Below, piece by piece: positions 26,481-39,640 of a stretch of 64,000 bases of DNA. The DNA is from Blasia pusilla (taxonomy: Eukaryota), in the NCBI GenBank assembly GCA_050084515.1, contig CM114271.1:7316001-7380000 (forward strand), given 5' to 3'. Made by a program: the position numbers and the translations under genes. The notes below the pieces were generated by a model. The model had not been told where the DNA came from, searched no databases, and saw only the letters and a program-made list of their open reading frames with translations. Within the stretch, counting starts at the first letter, position 1; each line of letters opens with the position of its first letter.

Positions 26481-29400
26481 TATTTAGCATTTATAATCTA
26501 CCTTATATCCTTTGAAGTGTTTAATTTTCAGTAAAGGAGGAGAAGAGAGAAAATGATACAGTTTAAACGAGGGAGAACTTTTATAAGGAATTTTTGTTTA
26601 AAGTCTTATATTGTAGATACAAGGTTAAGATTTCAATTACGGGGGCCGAGAGACATGGCAAGATATTTTGAAGAAGGGAAGGATTCATCAGGATTTAAAA
26701 GAAAATTAAACATGAGAGTTTTAAATAGGTCAAGGGAGATGAAATATGGGAGGAGGTCATGATTATAGACGAGGAACAAGCCGACCTTCTTACTATCCTA
26801 TTTGTTTCTCTAGGAACGAAATTCCGTTTTCTCCACCGAATTGCCATTTCCTCTCACCGTAAAATGGAGAGGTACTATGAGGCCAAGCCTAAGTAGCCAC
26901 CTCTTTACGCCTCATGAACAGCCATTTTTTCTTTCTCACTCTACACCGGGGGGGTTTAGGGTTTAGTTCGCCACCTGGGCTTCAAGTTCGATCATTCGGC
27001 TTTGCTCCCAAGAAGTGCTAAGTCTCATCAGGAAAGTCTAAGGAGGTGGCTAAACTTGTGGGTTGGCACCCAAGCGTAAACGACTTGGGCCCGGAGGACA
27101 GAACACGGAATATGAATAGGCAACGGAGACCAATAAGAAGTACGTGACAATCACGGCAAGAAAAGGTCATCCAATGACGTACAAACAAGTGCTCGAGGGA
27201 GCTCGGGGCCAGCTTACTCACTCACTCATTCGTTCTTTCCTATGCATGGAATTTCTAGAAACCCACCCAATATTCCAGTGGCTCCACCGTTATGGCCGAT
27301 CCATGATTGTCGCCATGAATTGTGCCTCGCAATTCACACATTAGAAGCATCCTCGCACCCCATGTAAAATAAAGGAAGAAGTAGATAGAATGAAACGAAA
27401 ACCCCCAAGAAGGCGCGTCTCAAGAGCATGGGACTGAATACCACCAGCCCAAACAAACGACCCAACATGATTAGCATCTTTCTTTTCCTTTCCTCTCGAG
27501 TAGGGCCCAAGTGCTTAAGGCTACCTAGCCCCGTGTCCAAAGTGGATGAGGATGGAACCCTCTAAATTTGACAGTTTTGGGTGCGTGACGTGACTATGTA
27601 GTGCTACGGAACAAAGGAATAGGTTCCGAAAGTGGGCTACTGTAACAGTAAGTTTGATTTCGGGCTAAGGACTTGTGGTTCTTTTTATGCTGTTCCAAAG
27701 ACATCTGGATTTTATCGGATTTTCGAGTTCTTCCAACTTAATGTTTTGGACGCTTTGTGGGACTATTGAGATTCGAGCTGAAAATGAGGGTATTAGATTT
27801 GGCGACAAAATTTGACATGTAGTTGGCGATAAAACAAAATAGGTATACCTAAAGTAACCTGACCTTTGACGGGAATTTTTTTTACGAGACAATCTTTTTT
27901 TTTTCTACCAAATCATTAGCGGTTTTCTTCGTCACGGAATCCATGGTTTCTATTTACTGCCTATCATTTTGATGAACATTCCCATCAAATCCAAAAGTTC
28001 AGGGCGGAGTTTGGAAATCTACATAGATTAAATTGGATGGGCCATGGACCTTTGCGTCTTACACACCCCAACTATCTCTATCGATTGAAGGAATTGATCA
28101 ATTGAAGAAATATCATTCCGAGAGATCTGAATTCAGTTTGGTGAACGTAATGAATTTATTTATTTATTTTTATGGTTGCTAAGTTGACCGTTATACCCGG
28201 AGTTGTGAGTGTTCCACATGCGGGGGCAAGTCAACTCGATGGTCCCTCTACATTCAATTCAAATCTTAGGTTCACTTCATGAGATGAGACGATGACACAT
28301 CCATTTTGAAGCAAAAGTAGTTTCGACTAGTCTGCACTCGGTCTTAGAGGAAGTTTTGGCTAATTCCTGGACTTTTTAAACCCGAGCCAAGGAATTCATA
28401 GATTTCCACTCGGAGCTTGAAACTTTGAAACACTTTAGCGGAAAAGGTTATTTTTATGAAACCTTCACTTTTTCCTGAATAACGAAATCATAATTATTTA
28501 GGTTCGGCTAATTATATAATTAGCCGAGCCAGCCATGTGGTTAAGAGATCTTGCGTGGCATCAACGTTTGCAAATGGGGTGTTGTGAGTGTCGCTGGAGA
28601 TTGTATTTAACGAAATTTTAATTTGTGGCGAATACAGTTTTAATAATTGTGTATGTCGTTAACCAAATTTCGGAGATTTGGAGAACTAGGACTTAGTGGG
28701 GGAAATTAGGAATTAATGCATTAAACACTAAGAAAATTGTGTTCTTTAACGTGCAAGTGTATGGTCATTATGTGAAAATTAGGTAAGACGACAAGGAAAA
28801 TATTTAAATCAAGAAAAAAAAAGAAATTAAAATCGAATCTACTAGCCTCTAATTTTACGTGCATTTTAGGTTTCGAGATAATTTCGACGAAATCGATATT
28901 AATCGCCCTATTTTTAGTGGATACTAAACCATGTGGAGGACAAACGACGGTCAGAGTAGACAGCGTTCATGATGTCACCATAAATACTCAGGCACCTATT
29001 CGCGTGTCTGCTCGTATTAAATGGGGAAAGGAGGAAAAATATCTTCGATTTTTTTTCTTAAATGCCCATCAAAGTGGGGACTTGGAGCGAATTGAATCTA
29101 ACACATAAAAAAAGAAGAATACTAAAAAATTTGCTATCATAAAACCAACCCCCAAGACGGAGTAATAGTATGTATATTTCTAGATTGGATAACGGCTTTT
29201 TGATTTTAGAATACTTTCCCTATCAATATTAGAATTTTGGCCTATTGCTTGTCTTTAAATTTGGGTTCGATTTCAGAGGTTAGTCACGTGGAGGTCGACC
29301 CCATGAGTCATTCAAATACGGGATAACATAATGATAAGTGGTTCAAATTATTCATCATCACTCAACATCGAAAGTGCAAAGACTAAATATTATATTTCTG

Positions 29401-31018
29401 GTGTTCATCGATAAAAACGAGTGATGGAAAACCCATCGGAAGTACAAAAGAGGGGGACTCAAAGAGTCAAAACCTGAAGGCCACAACACGACATTCCGAA
29501 GAAGGGGGCATTCCCCCCTAACGACGAAACTCACCAAGTGTTCATCCGGTGCTCGTCGCATTTAAGTGAAAAATCGTTTTTTTCTACTAATATATGCTAA
29601 AGGGGATTTAGTTCCCTGATGTTCTCCCGTGCAAATATGTCTTTCATGACCGACTCATTTAGGCGTGGGAAAAATTATTCGGGATTCATTATCCCGTACA
29701 TCGCACGGGCACCTCCCTTTTCTTCAAAGTTCTCGACCATACAGGTCCACCTATGCACAACTCAAAACCTGCGAGAGTACAAAACCCACAGATTCAGAGG
29801 GCAGTCGAGTTCTTCAACGAGAACGGAACCCAATTTGGTGGGATCCCCAATGTAGGGACGACCCTACATTTAGTGCATCTTCCCAAATGGCCTCGTCACT
29901 TGTGGGACTCGACATTGCGGGCTGCGGGCAGCATCGGCAGGAGTCTCAATCCTCGCACGATCAGCAACTCGATCCATGATAATATTAATCTATCCGTTCG
30001 GTCTCTAAATAATTAAAATGAAAAATAAATAAATGTGAATACATAAATAAGCGAAGAAACCTCGCGTTCAAGCAGCGCGCTCGCGAAAAGGAAGAAAGAT
30101 AGAGAACTACGGGTTGATTCCTTCCTCTTCTTGCCACGCGTTGACGGGGCAAGGAGGGTGGAAGAAGATTGACCCGACCCATCGCAGCCCTAGGGAAAAA
30201 GCGGAAGTGAGAGAGAAAGGGGTAGGAAGGAGGAGAGAGGGTTTCATTCAGCACGCACCGACACGCGGATGCTAAGAGGGAGCACACTATAGGAATTGTA
30301 GAGTCTAGAAGACGGGTGGATTCCGTGGGGCTAGTTGAGGAGGGGGGTTCTGGAAACGAGACGACGGTGGTGGCGACCCGAGGGACCGGAAGGAAGGACG
30401 GAGGATGGGGGAGGGGCGGACGGACTCGAGAGCGCTCAGGCCGCGGACAGCGAAAGGAAGCACGCGGGAAGAAGCGTTGTTTTGTAGAGTGATGATGTCG
30501 TGCGGTGGACGAACGAATGAATGATAGTGCTCTCGCCCTTGGTGTGTGCGGGGAATTCCGGGGAGCTGCAGCGGTAGTAGTAGTGGAAGAGCGGTACATG
30601 AGTGAAGCGTCTAGTGCTTTGAAGACGAGACCGAGAGGAGTTCACATTCCGGAGGGAGGGTATGAGGCTTCATTGATTGTTGTTGATGATTCGGAGGAGG
30701 AAGAGGAGGAGGAGGAGGAGGAGGAAGAAGAGGATGCAGCGAGCGCATAGTGCAGTGGAGGATTAGCAAGATGGGGCCGGATATGGGGCGGGGCGGTTGT
30801 TGTTTGATTACTGTCAGGTTGTGAGCGATGCTGATATCTTCTAGGACGAGAGGAGTGGGTATTGCTTTGCCGGGATTTGGTGCGGGTGCCAAGCACGGCG
30901 GAGGGGAGTGGATCAGTGACGGAAGGGAGAGGAGGAAGTTTGTGACAGCTGAGCGCAGGACGGGAGTTTGTCTTGGGCGAAGGGGAAGCGAACGGAAGCG
31001 AACTCTGCACATAAGGAG

Positions 31019-31022
<4 letters not shown>

Positions 31023-31082
<60 letters not shown>

Positions 31083-31096
31083 TAGAAAGAGAGAGC
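31023..31096. repeat. GA microsatellite in the kinase upstream/5' UTR region
   Basis: (GA)n tract seen directly. Confidence 0.9.
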
Positions 31097-31494
31097 TGAA
31101 GGGAATGGCCGTTTAGGGTTGGGAGACAGTATTGCCCTTCGAGGTTTCTTCAGTGCACGGTCTTTCTTTCTCGGTGGTGGGATTCGCTGTTGTGAGTGAC
31201 AGAATCTTCCGACTGGTCTTAGATGCATGTGCGGGAATCGAGGAAGGCAGTTTGGGAAGTGATCGAAGGTGCGCCGCTTTTTTTGGCGACGAGGAGATTA
31301 TTGTCTCTGCTGAGAATTGAAGACGGGGGAAGGGTTGAGACCCAATTCGATTCCCGACCTCGGGGTGAAGTAAAGGATGGAGTTTCAGCGGCATGGGTAT
31401 GCAGGCCGAGGCTCGACGGTGTCCTGAAGGCAGGCTTTGGTATCAAGGATGACAGTGGTGTGTTGGTAGGTGTACGGGAGAGTGGATATCAGTA

Positions 31495-32679
31495 ATGGGT
31501 TCTGACGAGAAATCCTTGAGAAGGAAAGAGACGGCGAGAGGCGCACGAATTCTTCCGGAAAACTTCCCGAAAAATGGTTACGGGGGGATGGATAGTCCGG
31601 GGGGTTCGAATAATGGGTCGGGTGAGTTTGTGTTGGAGGAGCGCTGGTTGATCGATCCCGCACTTCTGTTCGTAGGTCCGAAAATTGGAGAGGGCGCACA
31701 CGGGAAAGTATACGAGGGTAAATATTTGGACCAAAATGTCGCAGTCAAGATCCTCCAGACGCCAGATACTCCCGAGGAGATGTCAAAAATGGAGTCTCGG
31801 TTTGCCAGGGAAGTGGCGATGCTGTCCAGGGTGGAGCACAAGAATCTTGTGAAGTTTGTGGGAGCATGCAACGAGCCTGTGATGGTCATTGTGACAGAAC
31901 TACTCGGGGGCAAGTCCCTCCGTAAGTACATGGCCAGCCTGAGGCCTAAGCAGTTGGATATCAAGCTAGCTGTCAGCTTTGCCCTCGATATTGCTCAAGC
32001 AATGGACTGCCTCCACTGCAACGGTATCATCCACCGCGATCTCAAGCCCGATAACCTGCTGTTGACCGACGACCAAAAGACAGTGAAACTAGTCGATTTT
32101 GGGCTGGCGAGAGAAGAGACGCTGACTGAAATGATGACAGCAGAAACTGGGACTTACCGGTGGATGGCCCCCGAGCTCTACAGTACAGTCACTCTGAGGA
32201 ATGGTGAGAAGAAACACTACAACCACAAAGTCGATGTTTACAGCTTTGGCATTGTTCTGTGGGAGCTCCTTGTCAATCGCTTACCCTTCGAGGGAATGTC
32301 CAACCTGCAAGCCGCGTATGCCGCAGCTTTCAAGAAGGTCAGGCCGGGGCTTGCGGAGAATTTACCAGAGGACCTAGTTTTCATCCTTCAGTCTTGTTGG
32401 GCCGAAGACCCTGAGGTCCGTCCCAACTTTGCCCAAGTCGTCCGAATGCTGAACACCTTCATGTCAACACTTCCCTCACCGGCCCTCCCAAGTTCTCCCC
32501 TCCTGCCCGTGATTCCCATGCAAGTCGTGGAGGCGACCCCGAACATCAGCAGAACAGGTCAAACAGGCGCGAGTGATCGTAGCAGCAATGGTGGCATCAC
32601 TACGAAGTCTCGAAAGTTTTTTATGTGGTTTGGCCAATGTTTCCTGTCAGGGGCAGAACGAGATGATTCGACTGGCTAA
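31495..32679 (+). CDS. Raf-like group C / STY protein kinase (ATN1-like), single-exon CDS, 394 aa
   Basis: Intact ORF with IGEGAHGKVYEG, VAVK, HRDLKPDN, DFGLAREETLTEMMTAETGTYRWMAPELYSTVTLRNGEKKHYNHKVDVYSFG, GMSNLQAAYAAAF, as in plant ATN1-family kinases. Confidence 0.96.
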   Translation: MGSDEKSLRRKETARGARILPENFPKNGYGGMDSPGGSNNGSGEFVLEERWLIDPALLFVGPKIGEGAHGKVYEGKYLDQNVAVKILQTPDTPEEMSKMESRFAREVAMLSRVEHKNLVKFVGACNEPVMVIVTELLGGKSLRKYMASLRPKQLDIKLAVSFALDIAQAMDCLHCNGIIHRDLKPDNLLLTDDQKTVKLVDFGLAREETLTEMMTAETGTYRWMAPELYSTVTLRNGEKKHYNHKVDVYSFGIVLWELLVNRLPFEGMSNLQAAYAAAFKKVRPGLAENLPEDLVFILQSCWAEDPEVRPNFAQVVRMLNTFMSTLPSPALPSSPLLPVIPMQVVEATPNISRTGQTGASDRSSNGGITTKSRKFFMWFGQCFLSGAERDDSTG

Positions 32680-33689
32680 TGCCTCGAGATCTTTCGCGTT
32701 ACTTTCTAATCGGCATCAAGGAGGACAGGACTTGGAACTCGAACCTGGTGAAGAAAGATGATGGTGACGGTGATGATGATCCAAGAGGAACAGACATTTA
32801 ACGCGCAGATACTTGCTTTGCATTTGTCAGCTTTGGAGGGCTGCAGGTTATCAATCAAGGGTGGTGATACTGTCTAATGTCGATTCATTTTCCACCGGTG
32901 TACAATACCCAGATGTGAGGCCCGGAACCTTTCACACAAAGCTGTCCATTGATGCCATCACCGTTATCTCCGTCATGTGGGTCCCCTATGGCAGAGAACG
33001 GTTCAGGACCGAAGAAGGGCACATTGGAAACTTGTGCCAGCGCCTTAGACTAACTGAAGGAGGCCCCGTTATCAAACTGCTTCCTGCTTGACTTGCCGAG
33101 ATTGGACATCTATAATGACATGTAGAGATATGTACAGAAGTAGGCGACGTTTCAAGTTTAGTTGGGAGTGATAAAATTGGATCTCAAAGTTGTAGGTGTC
33201 CATTTTATGGTAAAAGTGTAGTCCCTAGCACCTAGGAGTAAAGAGATGCCGGCTAGATGGGCAGAGTTCTAGCTTTGTACAGATATGATGCCAAATGAAA
33301 AGTGGGTGACCCTTTGATGGTTTGTCTCACAGGAACTTAGATTCAAGAAACCGGATGAACCATAACTATGTCCTCAGAATCGTTATGTTGAACACTGCAA
33401 ATGTGGGGAACTTCTCAAATATCTGAAGTTCACAAAGAGCATACCGTAGGTTGTCGATTTAAGTTTCACCAATATGCCAAAGTGTACAGGTGGGTGGCTT
33501 TGAACTTAGATCGTGCAGTGCATGCACATGTCATTTTCAGATTGATTGAAGGAGTCCCTATTACTTGAAATAAAATGGATGGGGATAAAAGCTCTCAATC
33601 ATTCTCTCTGTGAGAACCATATGCTAGATATGCAGAAATCTAGTTGGTACATAGAAAGCAGGTGCAGCACGCGGTAAAGCTGCTGCAGA

Positions 33690-35390
33690 ATATGTCAGCA
33701 GCAATTGATGGATAGCTCGTTCAATTGAAGTGCAGACCTGTGGAGACTATCTTTGGAGGGAAAGGAGTCTGGAGATAGTTTGGAGGGCAAAGCTTGAGGC
33801 AGGATAGCAAACAGCAATAACATCGCTCTCTGTACAGTCAGGGCTCTTCCCTCTATCTCCTCTCTTGGGTCTGCACCCAGCCACCCCTCTCTCAATTCTT
33901 GTTGACTCCACTTTTATTAATCCTGTCTCAGGAATTGAGATAATTTTTGAGTACTTGTTTAGAAACAATGGATTTTGGAGGTCTCGCCTACGGTGTTTTC
34001 AAGTCATGGTACTAAGTTTGAACTGGTAATTGGATGTCCAAGTCAATAAGTAAACTTTGTTGGGTACTAAGATGCAATTGGTTACCACACAAATGACCCC
34101 TTGGGCACCGCATGTTCTCTTTTGGTTGTCATCCTCTCTTTTAACTCTTTTCATGTCTGAATGTCCTCAGTAGACCCTCAGTAACTTTGCAAGTTTAGGT
34201 CTGAAACATGTGAATGGTTAACGCCGAACTGTTAGAAAGAGCTACAGGTCTTTGAATTGTATGAGTGAATTGTTTGCAATCGTTCTTAATCTTACATCTA
34301 CGGTCACCAGGACTCAACCAAACCCTGTGAGCTCTAGAACTCACCGTGTAATACCACACGCCTAACGAATGGATGAAATCACATATAGTTTCCTCGTGTA
34401 TGTCGCGGCTCACAACCAACCTTGTTAGGTTCACCATTTACCAAGACGATCTGGGACTCCAGCCATCTGGGATGTGGCTATGTACCTTCATATTGTCACC
34501 CCACAAATCTGGCTACTATGTGCAAATGCATCTCGTCTCCAGGGTCTACGGAGGGAATAGGTGCCTGCGAAGACCCTGTTCCCGGCGATTGTCCCCGCGA
34601 AGTGAATTTGCAAAGGCAGAAAGTGTCAGATAGCAGACTTGATTGGCCAGATCGCAAATAGAGACGTCACCCAATAGATTTATGTCGTGCATCCTCCCCT
34701 CCTGACCGCACTTGCATCTTGATTTCCCAGCTCGGAGAATCAGATGGCTCTCTGGATAGACTCTGAAGTGATGCTTCTTCCTCACGAGATCCCATCTTAA
34801 ATCTATGCCAGAACGCCTGTGGGGACAGATGTGAGTGGAGGCCGTCATCTGCTGCTAATCTGGCCCCCCCCGCCTATACTCAACTCAAAGTGTGACCTGA
34901 AATTGTCACACTAGAGATGATAGCAAGCTCTACTGTATGATTGTAGTTTGTATACACCTGCATGTACACCCTAAATGCGAGCGAGGTTTGAGAAACACGT
35001 GTAAACGCTTCATCAGACGAACATCCCAAGCACTGCAGGAAGGAATTCCTCTTTTTGAAGATAAAGTTCCCGAGTTAGACTCTCCCAGCTCTTTCCAGGT
35101 GATGTGGAGCACTGCCAAGGACGAAGAGGAGGCTAAACCCAATCCTCGTCCCCGCTGATTCTCTGGAGCACAATTAAGGCGAATGTCAATAGCAAATTCT
35201 GGTTGTACTTTCCAGACGTGCGCAACATCCAACTCTTAGTCATACGATTCGTAAGAGATTCGGCAATGTCAGGACTACAACAACGTCTAAGGCGCATTCA
35301 GACCCGGGATGTACAATTCATGTGAACGAATTCATACATGTCACTCCTTCCCGGTGATCCTATCCTTCCCATCGCACATCAAAGAAGCAT
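33690..35390 (-). pseudogene. Heavily decayed NB-ARC-LRR (NLR) pseudogene
   Basis: Degenerate motifs in canonical order: P-loop-like CAMGRIGS (~35360-35380), kinase-2-like LLFVLG (~35110-35135), frameshifted GL-PLT (~34830-34845), RNBS-D-like SICDLANQVCYLTLSAF (~34610-34665), MHD-like CDFIHSLG..HRVW (~34320-34385), LRR-like QLNELSINCC (~33700). Confidence 0.45.
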
Positions 35391-38299
35391 CTCCCGGCCT
35401 CTCCACGACGTTTCTGGCACCGTGCACATCAGTTCCGGATACCACTTTTGGTCGTGTCAGTGAGCACACTGAGAAGTAAAGAGCTTACACCTTTTCTGTC
35501 ACGGAAAGGTTAGACCCGCACGGATCTGAAACCGACGGTTTAGGGTCCACGCGGAAGTTGCCCGTCAAATCGACCGATCAGAAGTTGAGAGGTCTCCAGC
35601 TCTTCACATGAGAAAGGTCCCCTGCGCAGCGCTGATCACGACGGTTCCTCACCGAAGTGGCCCGTCTCTCCAGGGAACGAGGCTTGGAAGTTGAGAGTTT
35701 CTCCAGCGCTCCACCCCTCTCCCTATCACGCCCAATAGTGAAGGGATGAAGCGTTGATAGCGAGAGGGGTTTAAGCCATAGCTATCGCGATCTCGCTTCT
35801 CAATTGTGATACTGTCATGCCGAAGTTAATCATGGGAGCAGATGACTTCATGCTCTGATTTCCCCAACGGTGCTATCTTTTGCTGAAATCTGTCAAACAT
35901 AAAATGTGCACGCACTTGCGTGACGTTCCTCTTGGGGCTCATCCTTCCTAAGGTCTTTAATCAAGAAACTAAGAACAGTTCTTTGCACCGTAGTATATCT
36001 AGCGGGTCATGAAGGGGAAATGACATGCGCAAGAGAGACTACATGAGTTCCACAATGTCCGATTGATGGTATTTGGGACAAGGAGAAAATATAGGAGCTC
36101 TCCGTGGACAATTTTTTTGCCAAAAAGGCTCACATAAGAGAGGTACAAAGGAGAAAGCTACGCTCCATTAAGATATGCTCGATCTTGTTTGTCGAATCCA
36201 ATATTTTGGTTCCAAAAATCAAAGTGTCAAGTTATCCTCGACTACGATGAAGAAGATATTGTATCTGCATATAGACGAATCAAAATATTGTTACGGTATT
36301 CTTGTAGTTGATAAATCAAATGTATTTTGAAAACCTCCATGTTGTTGATTCAAAATGGTATTATGAGTCAAATAAAGCTTTAAAGCCAAATGCATTACCT
36401 ACAATAGAAGTAAATAGATTTGTAACATAACCTTCTTCAAATACTGAGAGTCATAGGAGGAGATAAAAGCTCTCAAACAACTGATGGGAGGAAGTTGATA
36501 GACAAGGGTTCACAAGAATCCTAAATCCTTCTCAAACTCAAAAGGTTATGTCAAACTCATCATCCCCGCTTGAGACCGGAATGATCATTGAAATATGATT
36601 TCAGGGTCCATTAGATGCTTCGCAGAAACATAGATGAAACTCCTATTTCCACCCGATTGGCGATCTCTTCGTAGATAGAATTTCCATAAAATTTGAAACG
36701 ATGCCGACCAAAAATCACCAGTATCAATATTATGAAGCCTTCGTAACTTCATATTACTATTACGCATGACACAATTTTATCAATAGAAGGGTCTTCAGAG
36801 CAAGTGTCAGTAATATTTTTGAAAAATTATATGTAAATTTTGAAATTGTGATTAATTTCAAAAGTTTAATATATTTTTATTTTTTAAATTTTAAAAGAAT
36901 AAGAAAATTTCATTTAAAAATAATATCCATTTCTCTTAAATAATTTCACTCTTCCGTAAAAATTTAAATAATAAATATTTTCCCCCTTCCACTTTTCTTA
37001 TGAAAATAATCTTCACTAATTAAATTATTGATTTTTTCATTCAAATTAAATTTATTTTCCCAAAATATCACATGTGAATTAATATGATTATTTTTTAAAA
37101 CAATTACATTATTTATTTCAAAATTTCAATCTAATTTTTATTTTCTAAAATCTTAGAAGAATAGTAACATTTCACTATTCTAGGTAGTGACAATCTCTGT
37201 TCAAATTTAAATGATATTCTTTCCCTTAAGTAATTTTATCTTTCCATAAAATTTAAATAAAATATTTTTTTTAAAAATATTATTTTTTTATTTTATCAAA
37301 TATGAATTAAGACATAAAATTTAAAATTTTGGTTATTTATCGTAATTATTCCACTTTTTAAATATTTATAACCATCCATTACAACATCAAAACAATTCAT
37401 TAATTAAAGTTTTTTTATTTCATTATGATCCATTTTTTTTTAATTTTTACCAATCTAGTATGATTCAAAACATGTTGCCTATCTTGTCGCCAAATTATTT
37501 ATTAAAAGGGAACTAGATTTGATAACTTTCATATGGCATCCACAAATACTTTTTTTCCCTTGTTGACATGTCTAAAACATATTTAATTAAGTGCTAACAA
37601 GAAGAAATAAAATTTTCTTACACGTCTGAAACATATTTAATTAAGTGCTAAAGAAATAAAAAACTTTTTCGGATACCACTATTAAAACATGAGAATATTT
37701 TTACTATATGTAAAGAATTATCCCCATTTGAATGATCCCCAACCACCCTATTAGGGTTAAGTGCCCATATTAACCCGAGGCATATTACTCATGCTCCAAA
37801 CTAGCCGTTCATTAGGAGAGTCTCACTTCATGGACGCTTCCCTTATGGGCACGACCGTGAAGAACCCTATTAGTTATGAGCGACAATGACATCTTATTAC
37901 TCGAGTAGCCCTATTAACATCATCCTTAGCACGTGTCCACAACGGATCCATTAATTAGGCGTGTCTCCCTTCGCGGGACCCTTCGCTTCAGGGGACACCA
38001 ACCCCATGGGATTCGCTCCGAGATTCCGAAGGTGAAGAATCGAGGAACCTATGACCGAATTAAAATTCGCGCACAAATTATGACCCATTTGGGAGAGTTG
38101 TTACGGAGGGCTGGTTAAGTTTCCGACACTAGGAATTTGATGTACAAGTACTCACGTGAATCTGACCTGTTTCCCACATGATGTAGTGGATAAGTAACTG
38201 CAGCAGTGCAGCCGGGAGTATTCGTGGGAGATCATGTGGGCACACTTGCGGGGATGCAGAGGCGACATCGAATCAAACTCATTCTGTATCTGTACATTC

Positions 38300-39640
38300 A
38301 TTCAGCTGGAGCCGATCTCTTCAATCGGAGAAGCTTGTCTGCATTTGTCTTGGAGAGTTGTGCTGTGTGAAATGCTTGACTGTAACTCTGAGGACGGGGC
38401 GGCACGGAGTGGAATTGGTTTATCCCGGGACTCATTGCCACCGTCATCTTCACGCAGCCTGAGAAAGCGCGTTCCGATTGTAGGTCGAACGAGATCCTGC
38501 AGAAATCTTCTTCTTCCTGCCCCTCCTCCTGTTAGTTCGCTGTTCCGTTCTACAAGCGCCCGATGGCAACTTTGGCGATGCTTCTTGCGAAGGATTCTGA
38601 GACGGAGTTGTAGTCAGAGAAGAGTTTGTTGTTGTCTTTGGCCGTTTCGTTCCTGAGAAGCTCCGCTAGGATGTCGCCTGAGACGGGCGGCCTTCTTGAA
38701 GGCTTGCCAAGCGTTTCGGAATCGCTCACATCAATCCCAGACAGGGATTGTTTCCAGACCCAGCGGACGTGGCCAAGGTAAGAATACTTAGGGTGGAATA
38801 AAACCATTTCCCAAAGACTCTGCAACAATTTCTCCGTTCCAGTCTATCTGCACAATTTGCAAACTCCTCAACAGGTTAAGCAAGCTCTCCGAAGACTGCT
38901 CGAACTGTCCCGTTTTGTTGATCCCCGCTTCCAACTTCGCAGGACTCGAGAGCTGAGATCTGAGAGAAGACTACTATTACATTCAAGTGAGGCGAGGACG
39001 GACGAAAAGAAGTCGGACGATCATGGCGTGTTACTTCTTACTCCGGGAGAAGCCATTCTGAGCTTTCAGAATGGCTAAGTGGTAATCGTCCAGAGTTCGT
39101 AATTGCGCACACAAGCGCCGCCACTCAATCGCCTGGATCTCTCTAGAGAAATGTAAGGTGTCTGAGGGTATTGGTATCCTAGCCGAAGAGGAGGAGCTTC
39201 GTCAAGTTGCAAGTTATTTGGACAAATGCTGCAGTCGTTCCCTCGCTTATTTTTATAGGTATTCCACATTTGACAATCGGCGGCCAAGTCGGGCCCTAAT
39301 TTCTGCAAGTTGTCAGCAACAACAGGATAATCCTCTCTTCCAATCAATCCGAAAACGGTTGAGAATTTCCGGGCAAGTCTGAGCCCAACTTCTGCACAAT
39401 AGAATCCTCAATGGGTCCCGAGAATGTCCAATGGCTGTCCACGTTGCGCCAGTGCTATCTGCTTGCGGTTGTTTACAGCTAGCAACAACAAACCTTACAG
39501 ACCTTCACGCTGGTCGAATTCATCAGGGATTGAGAGTCTGAATCGGTCACTAATCGTTTTTCCAAAACCAGATGTCTACTTTGCAATTGGGAGCTTGCAA
39601 TCGCAGACACAAAATAAATGGTCAAGTTATTCTAGGATCA
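38300..39640 (-). pseudogene. Possible decayed LRR(-kinase) gene remnant
   Basis: Scattered extracellular-LRR-like fragments (NNLT, RFRLSIPDEF..L*GLLL, FSGPI, ITCNLTKLLLF), followed by weakly kinase-like text (ILAELL..RSIAKVAIG). Confidence 0.25.

Noticed and set aside
29985-31228. Long minus-strand ORFs (204 and 205 aa) upstream of the kinase
   Set aside because: Low-complexity antisense readings of a GA/GAG-rich leader, with no recognisable domain.
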